Of a stretch of 64,000 nt of DNA, positions 23,655 to 36,271 are shown in pieces. The notes below the pieces were generated by a model. The model was not told the origin of the DNA and did no database searches. It worked only from the letters and a program-made list of their open reading frames with translations. The stretch's first letter is position 1, and each line of letters opens with the position of its first letter. The position numbers and the translations under genes are program-made. The DNA is from Octopus sinensis (taxonomy: Eukaryota), in assembly GCF_006345805.1 (NCBI RefSeq), contig NC_043010.1:8866001-8930000 (forward strand). Direction: 5' to 3'.

Positions 23655-23790
23655 AAGATAATAAGAACAAGAATGGAAAAAAATCACATCTTTAATTGGA
23701 GATTACACTCTACAATGCCAATCATCTGTCATCGATGGTGTAATTACCAATTAGACATGTGGTTTTCTCCATTCTTATTCTTGTTGCTTT
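23655..23790 (+). repeat. Imperfect long hairpin (about 50-bp arms)
   Basis: AATAAGAACAAGAATGGA..CACATCTTTAATTGGAGATTACACT pairs with GGTGTAATTACCAATTAGACATGTGG..TCCATTCTTATTCTTGTT. Confidence 0.8.
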
Positions 23791-23809
23791 ATATATGCGT
23801 GTGTGTGTG

Positions 23810-23853
<44 letters not shown>

Positions 23854-23890
23854 ATATATATACACATATATATATATATATGTATGTATG

Positions 23891-23921
<31 letters not shown>

Positions 23922-24014
23922 CGTAGGGAGAGTTTACGAAAAAACAAAAGACGAAGACAGGTGGTGTACAAAACAAACAGATGTATTAGTATGATGCTCA
24001 GGAATAGAAAAAGT

Positions 24015-24050
24015 CTTTTATGTTTCGAGCCTACGCTCTTCTACAGAAAG
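24015..24050 (-). ncRNA. Minimal hammerhead-like motif (A6U core) in (TA)n-flanked mini-element 23925-24105
   Basis: Minus strand CTTT-CTGTAGA-A-GAGC(GTAG)GCTC-GAAA-CA-TA-AAAG. Confidence 0.65.
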
Positions 24051-24120
24051 GGACACAGAAAAAACAAGGAGAGAAAAAAATGTGTGTAGTGGCTAACAAT
24101 CTATTATATATATATATATA

Positions 24121-24159
<39 letters not shown>

Positions 24160-24162
<3 letters not shown>

Positions 24163-24464
24163 GGGTGTTCCTTCTTGAGCCACGCCTGGCTCATAAGGGC
24201 CGGTTTCCCGGTTTCCCTGGCGTATAGGTTCCCCACCTGGATGGGATGCTGGTCTGTTGTAGGTGAGCTGCAAGAAGCAGGAGGAAAGAGTGAGAGAAGG
24301 TTGTGGCGAAAGAGTCAGCAGAAGTTCGCTGTTACCTTCTGTTGGAGCTGTGTGGAGCTTAGGTGTTTCATTCATAAACACACACATTGCCCGGCCTGAG
24401 GTTCGAACCCAAGATCCCTCGACTCGTGAGTCCACTGCTCTACCCACTAGGCCATGTGCCTCCA
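24160..24464 (-). mobile_element. SINE family C-like with tail Y
   Basis: Head GGAGGCACATGGCCTAGTGGGTAGAGCAGTGGACTC on the minus strand; tail CCGGGAAACCGGCCC. Confidence 0.75.
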
Positions 24465-24485
24465 CACACACACACACACGCATAT

Positions 24486-24828
24486 ACTCTTTACTCTTTT
24501 ACTTGTTTCAGTCATTTGACTGCGGCCATGCTGGAGCACCGCCTTTAGTCGAGCAAATCGATCCAGGGACTTATTCTTTGTAAGCCCAGTACTTACTCTA
24601 TTGGTCTCTTTTGCCGAATCGCTAAGTGACGGAGACGTAAACACACCAGCATCTGTTGTCAAGCAATGCTAGGGGACAAACACAGACACACGAACATACA
24701 CGAACATACACATACATATATATGTTTCTGTCTACCAAATCCACTCATAAGGCATTGGTCGGCCTGAGGCTATAGCAGAACCCGGAACCATGTGGTTGGT
24801 TAGCAAGCTACTTACCACACAGCCACTC
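24486..24828 (-). mobile_element. SINE family B (internally deleted)
   Basis: Homology to family B. Confidence 0.85.
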
Positions 24829-24854
24829 CATATATAATTGCACTAAACCTTTTA

Positions 24855-25220
24855 GTTGAGATGACAAAAGACCAAGATATCTGGTGCCTTCCTGGATTTT
24901 AGAAGACCCTTACTCCATAGCAGAAATGTTAAGGCCACTCCCTTTTGTTGGAAGGATTGGCCTACAAGAGTTCTGTGCTGGTGCCACATAAAAAGCATTT
25001 GTTCTAGTGCCACATAAAAGCACTTGTGCGGTGCCACGTAAATGGGCCCTGCACACTCTGTAAAGGGGTTAGCATTAGGAAGGGCATCCAGCCGGGGAAA
25101 CAAACCATGCCAGACGTGACTGGATTCTGGCGCAACTCTCCAGCATGCTAGCTCTGGTCAAACCACCCAATCCATGCTAGCATGGACAACAGACCTTAAA
25201 TGATGATGATGATGATGATG
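24855..25220 (+). mobile_element. RTE-clade LINE 3' fragment
   Basis: EMTKDQDIW..FLDFRRP-like end, AGGAAGGGCATCCAGC, (TGA)n tail; homologous to 812-1272. Confidence 0.75.
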
Positions 25221-25566
25221 TAGATAGGGTTTTAATCCAAGCTGTGTCCCCTTGAAACACATCTCCTTCAATGCTGTATGTAGATGTTGTATTTGTGTGA
25301 GATATGCAAAAGAGTTGAAAAATACTGGAAAATAGATTTTTTTTGTAGGGTACTTATGTATGAATGCAGGATATTGGAAAAAATGATTTTGACATTATTT
25401 TTTCACCATAAGTATTCGATTCTCCATCTGAATAATTTCTATTAGGAGATGCTGTAGATGTTTCTCCTCCATTTACACTTTTGTGACTCCTCTTAATAAA
25501 TGCAATACACACATAATAATAGGGAATAAATAATACCAAAGATTTTTTTCCAGTTGCCTCATTTGA

Positions 25567-25699
25567 TACATACATACCTTCATACATACATACATACATG
25601 CATACATACATACACACATACATACATACATACATACATACATACAAGCATACATACATACATACATACATACATACATGCACATACATACATACATAT

Positions 25700-25730
<31 letters not shown>

Positions 25731-25867
25731 CATACATACATACATACATACATACATACACACATACAAACATACATACATACATACATGCATACATACA
25801 TACATACATACATACATACATACATACATACATACATACATGCATACATACATACATACATACATAT

Positions 25868-25898
<31 letters not shown>

Positions 25899-26061
25899 CA
25901 TACATACATACATACATACATACATACACACATACAAACATACATACATACATACATGCATACATACATACACACATACATACATACATACATACATACA
26001 TACAAGCATACATACATACATACATACATACATACATACATGCACATACATACATACATAT

Positions 26062-26092
<31 letters not shown>

Positions 26093-26241
26093 CATACATA
26101 CATACATACATACATACACACATACAAACATACATACATACATACATGCATACATACATACATACATACATACATACATACATACATACATACATACATA
26201 CATACATACAAGCATGCATACATACATACATACATACATAT

Positions 26242-26272
<31 letters not shown>

Positions 26273-26783
26273 CATACATACATACATACATACATACATA
26301 CACACATACAAACATACATACATACATACATGCATACATACATACAAACATACATACATACATACACACATACACACATACATACATACATACAAGCATA
26401 CATACATACATACATACATACATACATACATACATACATACATGCACATACAAACATACATACGTACATACATACATACATACATACATACATACATACA
26501 AACATACATTCATACATACAAGCATACATACATACATACATACATACATACATGCACATACATACATACATACATACATATATACATACATACATACATA
26601 CATACATACACACATACAAACATACATACATACATACATACACACATACAAACATACATACATACATACACACATACATACATACATACAAGCATACATA
26701 CATACATACATACATACATACATACATACATGCACATACATACATACATACATACATACATACATACATACATACATACATAC
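25567..26783. repeat. 1.2-kb (TACA)n microsatellite with variant units
   Basis: Seen directly; source of the 400-480-aa MYVC/HTYI ORFs. Confidence 0.97.
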
Positions 26784-27271
26784 AGTTCAAATTCCACTGA
26801 GGTCGACTTTGCCTTTCATCCTTTTGGGATCGATAAAATTAGAACCAGTTATGCACTGCGGTCGATGTAGTCAACTTAATCCTTTCCCCCAAATTCGAGG
26901 CCTTGTGCTTCCAGTAGAAAGATTATCATTATTGTTGTTGTAATTATTACTGCGCCTGGATATTATGTACAATAAGCCCCTTATTATTTTGTGTGTGTAT
27001 AAGGTGGCAAACCAGCAGAATTGTTAGCACCCTGGGCCAAATTCTCAATGGCATTTGGTCTGTCTTTACGATCTGAGTTCAGATTTTTGTCGAGATCGAC
27101 TTAGCTTTCCATCTTTCTGGGTGAGATCGATAAAATAAGTACCAGTCGAGCACTTGCGTCAGTATAATCGACTTGGCATCACGTGCGAAATTGTTGGCCT
27201 TGTGTCCCAAAGTAAACCATTATTTTGTGCACGAGTGAAGCTCTGTTTGGAGACATTACAATGCATTAAAT

Positions 27272-27686
27272 GGATCTTTTCGGTTCGAATGGCAGTTTTT
27301 AGCATAATTTCTAGGTAACTAAAAAATTTTTAAATACGTATACTGGTAGAATGTGTTTATAAAACATCTTTTCTCTTGGCTCTATTGAGAAAATTCTATA
27401 GTTTGTAGGATATTTGTTGTTGTTTTTCTTCAATTTCTGCAATTTCAACCAATCACTGACGTCTATTGAGGTAAAAAGCATTCTGTGCCGTATGAATATG
27501 TCCCTCGTTTAAGAAACAGATTGGGTCTATTTACATTTGTGAAGAAAAAAAGGTACCTTCACCCCACCCCTAACCCTAACCCTAAAACAGATTGAAATGC
27601 AATAGATCGATACTAGGGTCATAATTATGGGTGACAATTTCGTATGACACCGCTAGAAAAAACTGACGTTTAAACCGAAAAGATCC
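27272..27686. mobile_element. MITE with 8-bp TSD (Merlin-like), containing (CCCTAA)3
   Basis: TIR GGATCTTTTCGGTT.GAA.GGCAGTTTTT/AAAAACTGACGTTTAAACCGAAAAGATCC; TSD CATTAAAT at 27264-27271 and 27687-27694. Confidence 0.88.
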
Positions 27687-27962
27687 CATTAAATAGATAT
27701 CATTTTATTACTGGTCTTGTTTATTCGATCTAATGAAAGTAAATCTATATTACAAGAAATAGTAGCCAAATCATAATCATGATATTGTCACAGCTTCAAT
27801 ATATTTGACTGTAAGATAAGTTCTATTAGGATTAAACCAAGAGGTTGGAAAACAGGAAGTAGCATTTATTTTGGAGGAGTTATTTCCCTTACATCTGGTC
27901 TTCTTAAAAATTTAAACCCCTTATGTTATTCTTGTTGCAATACACTGTCATATTTGATGGTG

Positions 27963-28347
27963 GAGGCGCAATGGCCCAGTGGTTAGGGCAGCGGACTCGC
28001 GGTCGTAGGATCGCGGTTTCGATTCCCAGACCGGGCGTTGTGAGTGTTTATTGAGCGAAAACACCTAAAAGCTCCACGAGGCTCCGGCAGGGGATGGTGG
28101 TGATCCCTGCTGTACTCTTTCACCACAACTTTCTCTCACTCTTTTTTCCTGTTTCTGTTGTACCTGTATTTCAAAGGGCCGGCCTTGTCACTCTCTGTGT
28201 CACGCTGAATATCCCCGAGAACTACGTTAAGGGTACACGTGTCTGTGGAGTGCTCAGCCACTTACACGTTAATTTCACGAGCAGGCTGTTCCATTGATTG
28301 GATCAACCGGAACCCTCGTTGTCGTAACCGACGGAGTGCTTCCCCCC
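27963..28347 (+). mobile_element. SINE family C (tRNA-Arg-like head) with tail X, full length
   Basis: A box TGGCCCAGTGG, B-box-like GGTTTCGATTCCC; TSD CATATTTGATGGTG at 27949-27962 and 28348-28361. Confidence 0.9.
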
Positions 28348-28627
28348 CATATTTGATGGTGTATTAAAGGACCTTTTTTCCAAAAACATGTCTCAGTCCT
28401 ATATGTGAAGTTGTTCTAAACATTACATGCTTTGATGCCTTAAAAACTTTTCCTTGATTATGTGCATTTGAAATTGGGGTGCATCTTATATGCTCATGTG
28501 TCTCTTATGCCATAGGATGCAGTAATTTTGTTTCAACTAATTATGAAAATAATGAAGAAATTATCAAAATAACTTAGTCATTATTAAGCTGGTGCTTAAA
28601 ACATTAAGTAGCATGAAATTTTAATCG

Positions 28628-28946
28628 AAAGTCAGAAAACAGCACAGCCCCCATGACTTTCGGAAACATTTTTTCACGCTCAGAGTTGCTGAAGCATGGA
28701 ACAAACTGCCTGCATCAGTTGTTGACTGCCATGACACTGCATCCTTTAAGGCCCTCATGCTTTCCGAGATCCGCCGAAACTACACCTGATTGTCCCCCAT
28801 CCATACTCATACACATATGTGTATGTCATGACTCATGCACTGTTCTTTCCCTGACGCTTGTACATTACCCTATGTACTATACATACACTTTAGATGAGTT
28901 GTAGTGCACCTGAGCACTGTACACAATGTTTTATTATTATTATTAT
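28628..28946 (+). mobile_element. CR1-group LINE 3' end
   Basis: 28628-28789 reads KVRKQHSPHDFRKHFFTLRVAEAWNKLPASVVDCHDTASFKALMLSEIRRNYT*, the FF..RV...WN.LP..VV....FK motif of CR1/L2 ORF2 ends; short (TTA)n tail. Confidence 0.85.
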
Positions 28947-29580
28947 TTAATGTAGATAACTTTAAAACGGAATTTACACAATAGGATCAGAAGCATTTTA
29001 CCGTATTTACATTCTGAGTTCAAATCCTATCAAGATTGACTTTGTCTTTCATCCTTGCAGGGTCGATAAAATAAATACCAGTCGAGGAGTGAGTCGATGT
29101 ATTCGACTTAACCTCTTCATCAAAATTACTGACCTTGTGCCAAATTGTGAAACCAATATAATGCTAACGATTCTTCCACCTCGTCACCTTCCGTACTCTA
29201 AAATTCTACCTGCTCACTGCTATGCCCTCTCTTTATTCATGAGTAAACAAACTAGAGTTTGTGACTATATAATTCTTCTTTCCTCATCATGGTGTTGGAT
29301 AAGTTTAAAATGATTAAAAGAAAACAACTTAATTTTATTAATTGTGATAATTTGTCTGTTCTTGTTTCAATCCCTATAGTTTCTTCTGTTTTGCGGTGGT
29401 GAGGGCAGGGTCCCTTTCCAACCTGACTTAATAATTACTGAAAAATTTAATAATCTTTTGTGTGTGTGTGTTTGTTTGTGCATGTGCGTATGTGCTTGCA
29501 TGTGTGTGTGTGTGTATGCACATGTGTATTTGTGTGTGTATGTGCATGTGTTTGTGTATACGTGCTTACATGTGTGTGTG

Positions 29581-29612
<32 letters not shown>

Positions 29613-30513
29613 AAACTCTTTATACTTGTTGATGTAAACTAATGCTTGAACAGCATCTCTTTATGTCAGAACCATAATTTGATAAAACAGAAAGTGGTGG
29701 AAGGAGATGTAGATTGAAATATATACTGGGGATGATGAGTTTAATACACATCAAAGAAGTGCCCCAGTATGGCCACAGTTCAATGACTGAAAACAGTAAG
29801 AGAATATAAAAAAAAAAACTCACATAAAGTATACTATCAGAACAATACAACAGAACACACACACACGCACACACAAACATACACACACACACATACATCC
29901 ACACACACACACACGCACACTGGTATGTATACACATACACATATCAAACATGTTGACAACATACATGCATATAGTTCCAAATATTTCTGTAACCTAGTGG
30001 TTTGGCAAAAGAGACTGATAGAATAAGTCCCAGACTCAAAACGAATAGTACTAGAGTTGATCTGTTCAGTTAAACACTTTAAGGCAATGCTGTAGTATGG
30101 CCATAGTCCAGCGACTGAAGCAAGTAAAACATATAAGAAAATAAAAGAAAACTATTTTCTACATGCAATGAAATCATTCACATACATTCACACATACATG
30201 TACACACACACAGATGCACACGCATACACACACACACATTTACACACATTTATTTACATACATATTTCCCAACAACCACCATACACATGGAGAATTACAT
30301 ACGCAATCCAAAACACAAACACATTCTTGCACATTAAACAGAGTTAATTGGTTGGTCTTTGTGTGACCAGAAGTATCCACCAATAAGCAATTAATTAATT
30401 TATTGATTCGAATAAGTACTTCTCATCTGGAGTCTATATGACCCCCTGGGGGTCCATTTAAGTGTTTTGGGAGTCCATTCAAGCAAAATAGCAAATTGGA
30501 GACCCAATTTGTC

Positions 30514-30701
30514 AGGAGTGGCTGTGTGGTAAGTAGCTTGCTTACCAACCACATGGTTCTGGGTTCAGTCCCACTTCATGGCACCTTGCGCAAGTGTCTT
30601 CTACTATAGCCTCGGGCCGACCAAAGCCTTGTGAGTGGAATTGGTAGACGGAAACTGAAAGAAACCCGTCGTATATATGTATATATATATATATATATGT
30701 A

Positions 30702-30741
<40 letters not shown>

Positions 30742-30964
30742 TGTATGTGTTTGTGTGTCTCCGTGTTTGTCTCCCCAACATTGCTTGACAACCGATGCTG
30801 GTGTGTTTACGTGCCCGTAACTCAGCAGTTCAGCAAAAGGGACCAATAGAATAAGTACTGGGCTTACAAAGAATAAGTCCCGGGGTCGATTTGCTCGACT
30901 AAAGGCAGTGCTCCAGCATGGCCGCAGTCAAATGACTGAAACAAATAAAGGAATAAAAGAGTAA
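30514..30964 (+). mobile_element. SINE family B, nested in a degenerate hAT-like remnant (about 30415-31372)
   Basis: Family B homology; flanks carry repeated GGGGTCCA motifs. Confidence 0.85.
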
Positions 30965-31577
30965 ATGCATTGCTTATTTACTCTCTCATTGTTTTCAATT
31001 AATCACACATTATATTGCAACTTCGAAATTTCAATGGTGTATTTGTATATTTTTAGAATGACAAGACTGAGTAAGTGTGAAAGGTTAGATTTGGTCAGTT
31101 TTAACATAAAGCAGGTAGAATATTTTAGCTGGATATGGTCAGATTAAATGCTCATAGGTTAAGGATCCATGAAAAATTTTGCTCTTGATGTATTTATTGC
31201 AAGAAACAGGTTTCTTTCTCCAACATTTTGCATAATTCAAACTACACAAGTTACTGTATGATAAACAAAACAGGAATTTTGAAAGAAGTATCTAAAAAAC
31301 TAGTATTTAAGCATCGAATGGCTATTGGGGTCCACTAGGAATGAAAGGGATCCATAGGTAAAAAAATGGTTGATTTAAATGAATGATTAACTTAAAAACA
31401 GATGTTGGGTGAAGATGTTGTGGCATTAATGCTTTACCTAAGGGTAACAGTGATATGAAACGGTACATCCAGACAGCCAGAAATTTTATAATTGTGAATT
31501 CTAAGAATGAGTTTACCAGTGTCTGAATTTCAGCCTTGGGTACTCATCAAATAGCGATAGTATATTCTGCTCACATA

Positions 31578-31953
31578 TAGGTACAGGTGTGGCTGCGTGG
31601 TAAAAAGTTTGTTTCTTAACTGCATTGTTTTGGGTTCAGTCCCACTGCATGGCACCTTGGGAAAGTGTCTTCTTCTATAGCCTCGGGCCAACCAAATCCT
31701 TGTGAGTGGATTTGGTTGATGGAAACTGAAAGAAGCCCATCGTTTGTGTGTGTATATGTTTGTCCCCCACCATTGCTTCACAACTGGTGTTGAAGCACTT
31801 ATGTCCCCATAACTTAGCAGTTCGACAAAAGATACCAATAGAATAAGTGTGAGGCTTAAAAAAAAAATAGTACTGATGCTGATTGATTCAACTAAAACAC
31901 CTTCGAGGTGGTGCCCCAGCACGGCCACAGTCTAATGACTGAAGCAAGGAAAA
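31578..31953 (+). mobile_element. SINE family B (older variant)
   Basis: Homology to family B. Confidence 0.8.
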
Positions 31954-32359
31954 GGTATATACCAGTGACATTGAGACTCATTTTCACAGCTGAGTGAACT
32001 GGAGCAACATGAAATAAAGTGTCTTGCTCAAGAACACAACACACAGCCTAGTCCAGAAATTGAACTCACTACCTCATGTTTGTGAGCCCAACGATCTAAC
32101 CACTGAGCCATATGACCAGATATACACAGGCGCATATGACATATATGTATGTGCATGAGTATGCAAATACGCTCATACATAAACATGCAGATCTGCATTT
32201 GAACATGCATGTTCACACACAATGCTGTATAAGTACACACACACACATGAATGCATATTCATATACAGAAACAGTTAAACATTCCCCGTACACATACACA
32301 CACATATAGATAGACAGACAACCAGACAGATGAATAGATAGATCAAAATCAAACCAAAC

Positions 32360-32812
32360 CAAATCAGATATCAGAAAGCAGAACCAAAATCGAAGTCGAT
32401 CAACATCAATGGAAATTGCAGCTGTGATACCAGTGCCGGTGACAAGTAAGCGAACCATCTGATCGTGGCCATTGCCAGCGCCGACCCGACTGGCCTCCAT
32501 GCCGGTGGCACATAAAAAGCACCATCTGTTTGTGGCCATTGCCAGCCTTGCCTGGCTCCCGTGCCGGTGGCACGTAAAAAGCACCATCTGTCCATGGCCA
32601 TTTGCCAGCTCCGTCTGGCACTTGTGCGGGTGGCACATAAAAAGCACCCACTACACTCACGGAGTGGTTGGCGTTAGGAAGGGCATCCAGTCATAGAAAC
32701 ACTGCCAGATCAGACTGGGCCTGATGCAGCCTTCTGGCTTCAGAGAACCCAGTTGAACTGTCCAACCCATCCTAGCATGGAAAGCGGACGCTAAATGATG
32801 ATGATGATGATA
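32360..32812 (+). mobile_element. Family D repeat with an internal array of about 62-bp units
   Basis: Repeated GCCGGTGGCAC(G/A)TAAAAAGCACC; tail GGCGTTAGGAAGGGCATCCAG..(TGA)n. Confidence 0.85.
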
Positions 32813-32880
32813 GATAAATTTATAGACAGGTAGATACATCGATAGATAAACACACACATACACATAAACACATACATATA

Positions 32881-33762
32881 CAAGGTATGGTGAATAAACT
32901 GTCGCCTAAATTACGCAAAAATGAAAATAACACTGAAATCCCATTTTAACATATATTTACCAAAATTATAAAAAAAATATCTTGAAATACTAAAGAGTAA
33001 ATTTATTCAATAAATTCACCATTGGCTTCAGCCATGGTCTCTGGACAACTTTGGAATCTCCTGCAACTTTTCTGGATGGCTTCCTTGTTTAAGTTGGTGA
33101 AAGCTGCCATAATCCTTGCCTTCAGTTCAACTTTGGTGTTACAAGGAGTTTTGTTGGTCTCTCGCTCAACTGTACCCCACCCACAATAATTAAGGGGGTT
33201 GCAGTCTGGGGAGTTAGGTGACCAGATGTTAGGGGTGATGTGGTCGCAGAAATTGTCTGACAGCTACGACTGGGTTCTCCTGCTTGTGTAGCATGGTGCA
33301 AAGTCCTGTTGCCAGAAATAGCATCTTCCAGCAGCAACCTTCTTGACCCAGGGCAGCACTACCACCTCCAGGCACTTAATTGGGGCTTCTCTATTGAATC
33401 TGAGGCTGTGCAGGAAGATGAATGAAGGCATAACATTGCCATCACTAGTGATCACTCCAAACACCAAGATATTGACTGGATGTTTGATTTTTATCACACT
33501 TGGAACATGTCCTCAGACTGCACTGTCCTCAGATTGACACCTAAACACCCTGGAATGTACATGTTTGAGCTTCAGGCACAAATGCCAAGCAGTACAGTAT
33601 GTCGTTTCCAAATTCCTGGCAGAGTGAATTGTGTCATAGTCCTTTTTTTCTTACAGATGGTGCCCAACTGACCCTACTATACTGTGTAGTCGACAAAATC
33701 AAAAACAAACAATGCACATGCACAAAATTAGAATTATAAAATGGCGACAATTTACCCATCGC

Positions 33763-33768
<6 letters not shown>
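32881..33768 (-). mobile_element. Internally deleted Tc1/mariner (DD37D, maT-like) element
   Basis: TIRs CAAGGTATGGTGAATAAACTGTCGCC / GGCGACAATTTACCCATCGCACCCTA flanked by TA. Confidence 0.85.
33003..33497 (-). pseudogene. Transposase catalytic-domain remnant
   Basis: KHPVNILVFGVITSDG..YFWQQDFAPCYTSRRTQS*LSDNFCDHITPNIWSPNSPDCNPLNYCGWGTVE..NGEFIE*; 37 residues separate the QQD Asp from the (mutated to N) third Asp; one internal stop. Confidence 0.85.
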
Positions 33769-33794
<26 letters not shown>

Positions 33795-33815
33795 GATATA
33801 GATATACATATACAT

Positions 33816-34025
33816 CGCAATGGCCTAGTGGTTAGGGCAGCGGACTCGCGGTCGCAGGATCGCGGTTTCGATTCTCAGACTGGGCGTTGTGTGTGTTTAT
33901 TGAGCGAAAACACCTAAAAAAGCTCTATGAGGCTCCGGCAGGGGGTGGTGATCCCTGCTGTACTCTTTCACCACAATGGCGGTGCCCCAGCATGGCCACA
34001 GCTCAAGAGCTGAAACTGGAAAAAC
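33816..34025 (+). mobile_element. SINE family C head joined to a CAGCATGGCCACAGCTC-type tail
   Basis: Head as at 27963; tail as in the minus-strand element at 8345-8400. Confidence 0.7.
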
Positions 34026-34117
34026 AAAAACAAACAAACAAACATACATACATACATAAATACATACATACATACATACATAAATACATACATATATACA
34101 TACATACATACATACAT

Positions 34118-34512
34118 AGGCGCAGGAGTGGCTGTGTGGTAAGTAGCTTGCTTACCAACCACATGGGTCCGGGTTCAGTCCCACTGCGTGGCATCTTGGG
34201 CAAGTGTCTTCTGCTGTAGCCTCGGCCCGACCAATGCCTTGTGAGTGGATTTGGTAGACGGAAACTGAAAGAAGCCTGTTGGATATATGTATATATATAT
34301 GTATGTGTGTGTATGTTTGTGTGTCTGTGTTTGTTCCCCTAGTGATGCTGGTGTGTTTATGTCCCCGTCACTTAGCGGTTCGGCAAAAAGAGACCGATAG
34401 AATAAGTACTGGGCTTACAAAGAATAAGTCCCGGGGTCGAGTTGCTCGATTAAAGGCGGTGCTTCAGCATGGCCACAGTCAAATGACTGAAACAAGTAAA
34501 AGAGTAAAAGAG
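34118..34512 (+). mobile_element. SINE family B
   Basis: Homology to family B. Confidence 0.9.
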
Positions 34513-34638
34513 TATACATACATAAATACATACATACATATCTACATACATATATACATACATACATACCTACATACATACATACATACCTACAAACACA
34601 CACACATACATACATACATACCTATATACATACATACA

Positions 34639-34669
<31 letters not shown>

Positions 34670-35198
34670 GTACGTACATACATACATACATACATACATA
34701 ATTACATACATAAATATACAGATACATGCATACATACATACATACATACATACATACATACATACATACATACATACATACATAAATAAATAAATAAATA
34801 AATACATACACACATACATATAGATTGTTAGAAAAAGAATACACTAGTAATCTCATTTATTTTTATATAATCTTCAAACTCAAGAGTGAAACATGCTTAT
34901 ATCCCTTTATTTTGTAATCTTTTCTTTGTATATAGTTTTCAATAACTGCATTTTGATCAAAACATACAAACTTAAAAACAATAGACAAGCATGCAGGGAA
35001 AAAAATTTATAGAATATGTGGTTTTTGATGTTGTTATTTTTAAGAATTTTACTTCATCTTGAAGGAATGGTGCAAAAGAATATTTTTAGGGAATGCAAAA
35101 GAAAATATTTTAAAATATATATACAACTGCAAAGCATAAAACATACTCTATCAACATGAAGATTTTTCTTTAAACATGCACACACATTCTCTCAGTCT

Positions 35199-35232
<34 letters not shown>

Positions 35233-35369
35233 CTCTCCTTCTCTCTCTCTCACTCACACACACGCATTCACTCACGTACATGTGTACACACAGGCAAAAA
35301 GAAGGAAGAAACTTTCTGTAGAATTAAAAGATTATCCAAATAAAAGAATAATTAAGTACTAAAATACAT

Positions 35370-35377
35370 AATGATGA

Positions 35378-35408
<31 letters not shown>

Positions 35409-35632
35409 TGTTGTTGTGGTGGTGGTGGTGGTGGTGGTCATGATGATGATGAAGAGGAGGAGGAGGAGGAGGAGGAGCAGGAGGCAGAAGAGGAAGAGGA
35501 GGAGAAGAAGACGGAGGAGGAGGAGGAGGAGAAGAAGATGAAGAAGAAGAAGAAGGAGAAGGAGAAGAAGAAGAAGAAGAAGAAGAAGAAGAAGAAGAAG
35601 AAGAAGAAGAAGAAGAAAAAGAAGAAGGAGAG
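35370..35632. repeat. (GAT)/(GGT)/(GGA)/(GAA) compound microsatellite
   Basis: Seen directly. Confidence 0.95.
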
Positions 35633-35903
35633 CAGCAACAATAACAACATAATAACAGGATCTTCTTCAGACTTGAAAAAAATTGGGGGTAAAAAAAAGA
35701 TGGTCGTTGTTGAAAAGCTTGCTTGAGAAAATAATATGGAAAAAAAAATATCTCTATATACACACAGACACACATATAAATACAGATATACTCTCTATAT
35801 ACATACATATACATGCACACACATATATGTATATATATGTATGTATATATATATATATATATATCCTTTGTGTCCTGTTTTTCATTTATTTCATTTCATG
35901 CAT

Positions 35904-35969
<66 letters not shown>

Positions 35970-36271
35970 GTATATATACAAAGGTCATACATGTCTCTAT
36001 GTAGATGGAAATGACACAAGAAATGGCAACTACAAGCAGCGAGATCCAAAGCTTTTTTTTGAAAAGTTATCCTTGAAAAATCCATCTTGAAATTCTTTGC
36101 GAAAGAAAAAAAAGTGCAGAATATGGCAGGATTAATGATTGGCTGTTTGAAAAACAGGAATGCAGTTGAATAGAAAAAAAAAAATTTTGTATGTACATGT
36201 ATAAAGGCATGTGTATGTGATTGTGCACATCAATATATAACACACATATAGGTATGTGTGTGTGTGTGAGT

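Noticed and set aside
25354-26943. 400-478-aa ORFs (MYVC/HTYI repeats)
   Set aside because: They are translations of (TACA)n; the unique tail at 25354-25560 has no recognisable domain or good splice signals.
27963-28035. tRNA-Arg gene
   Set aside because: It is a SINE head: it continues into the SINE body, has TSDs, and lacks a proper acceptor stem and terminator.
32430-32650. CRISPR array
   Set aside because: Eukaryotic retroelement interior; the spacers are related to one another and there are no cas genes.
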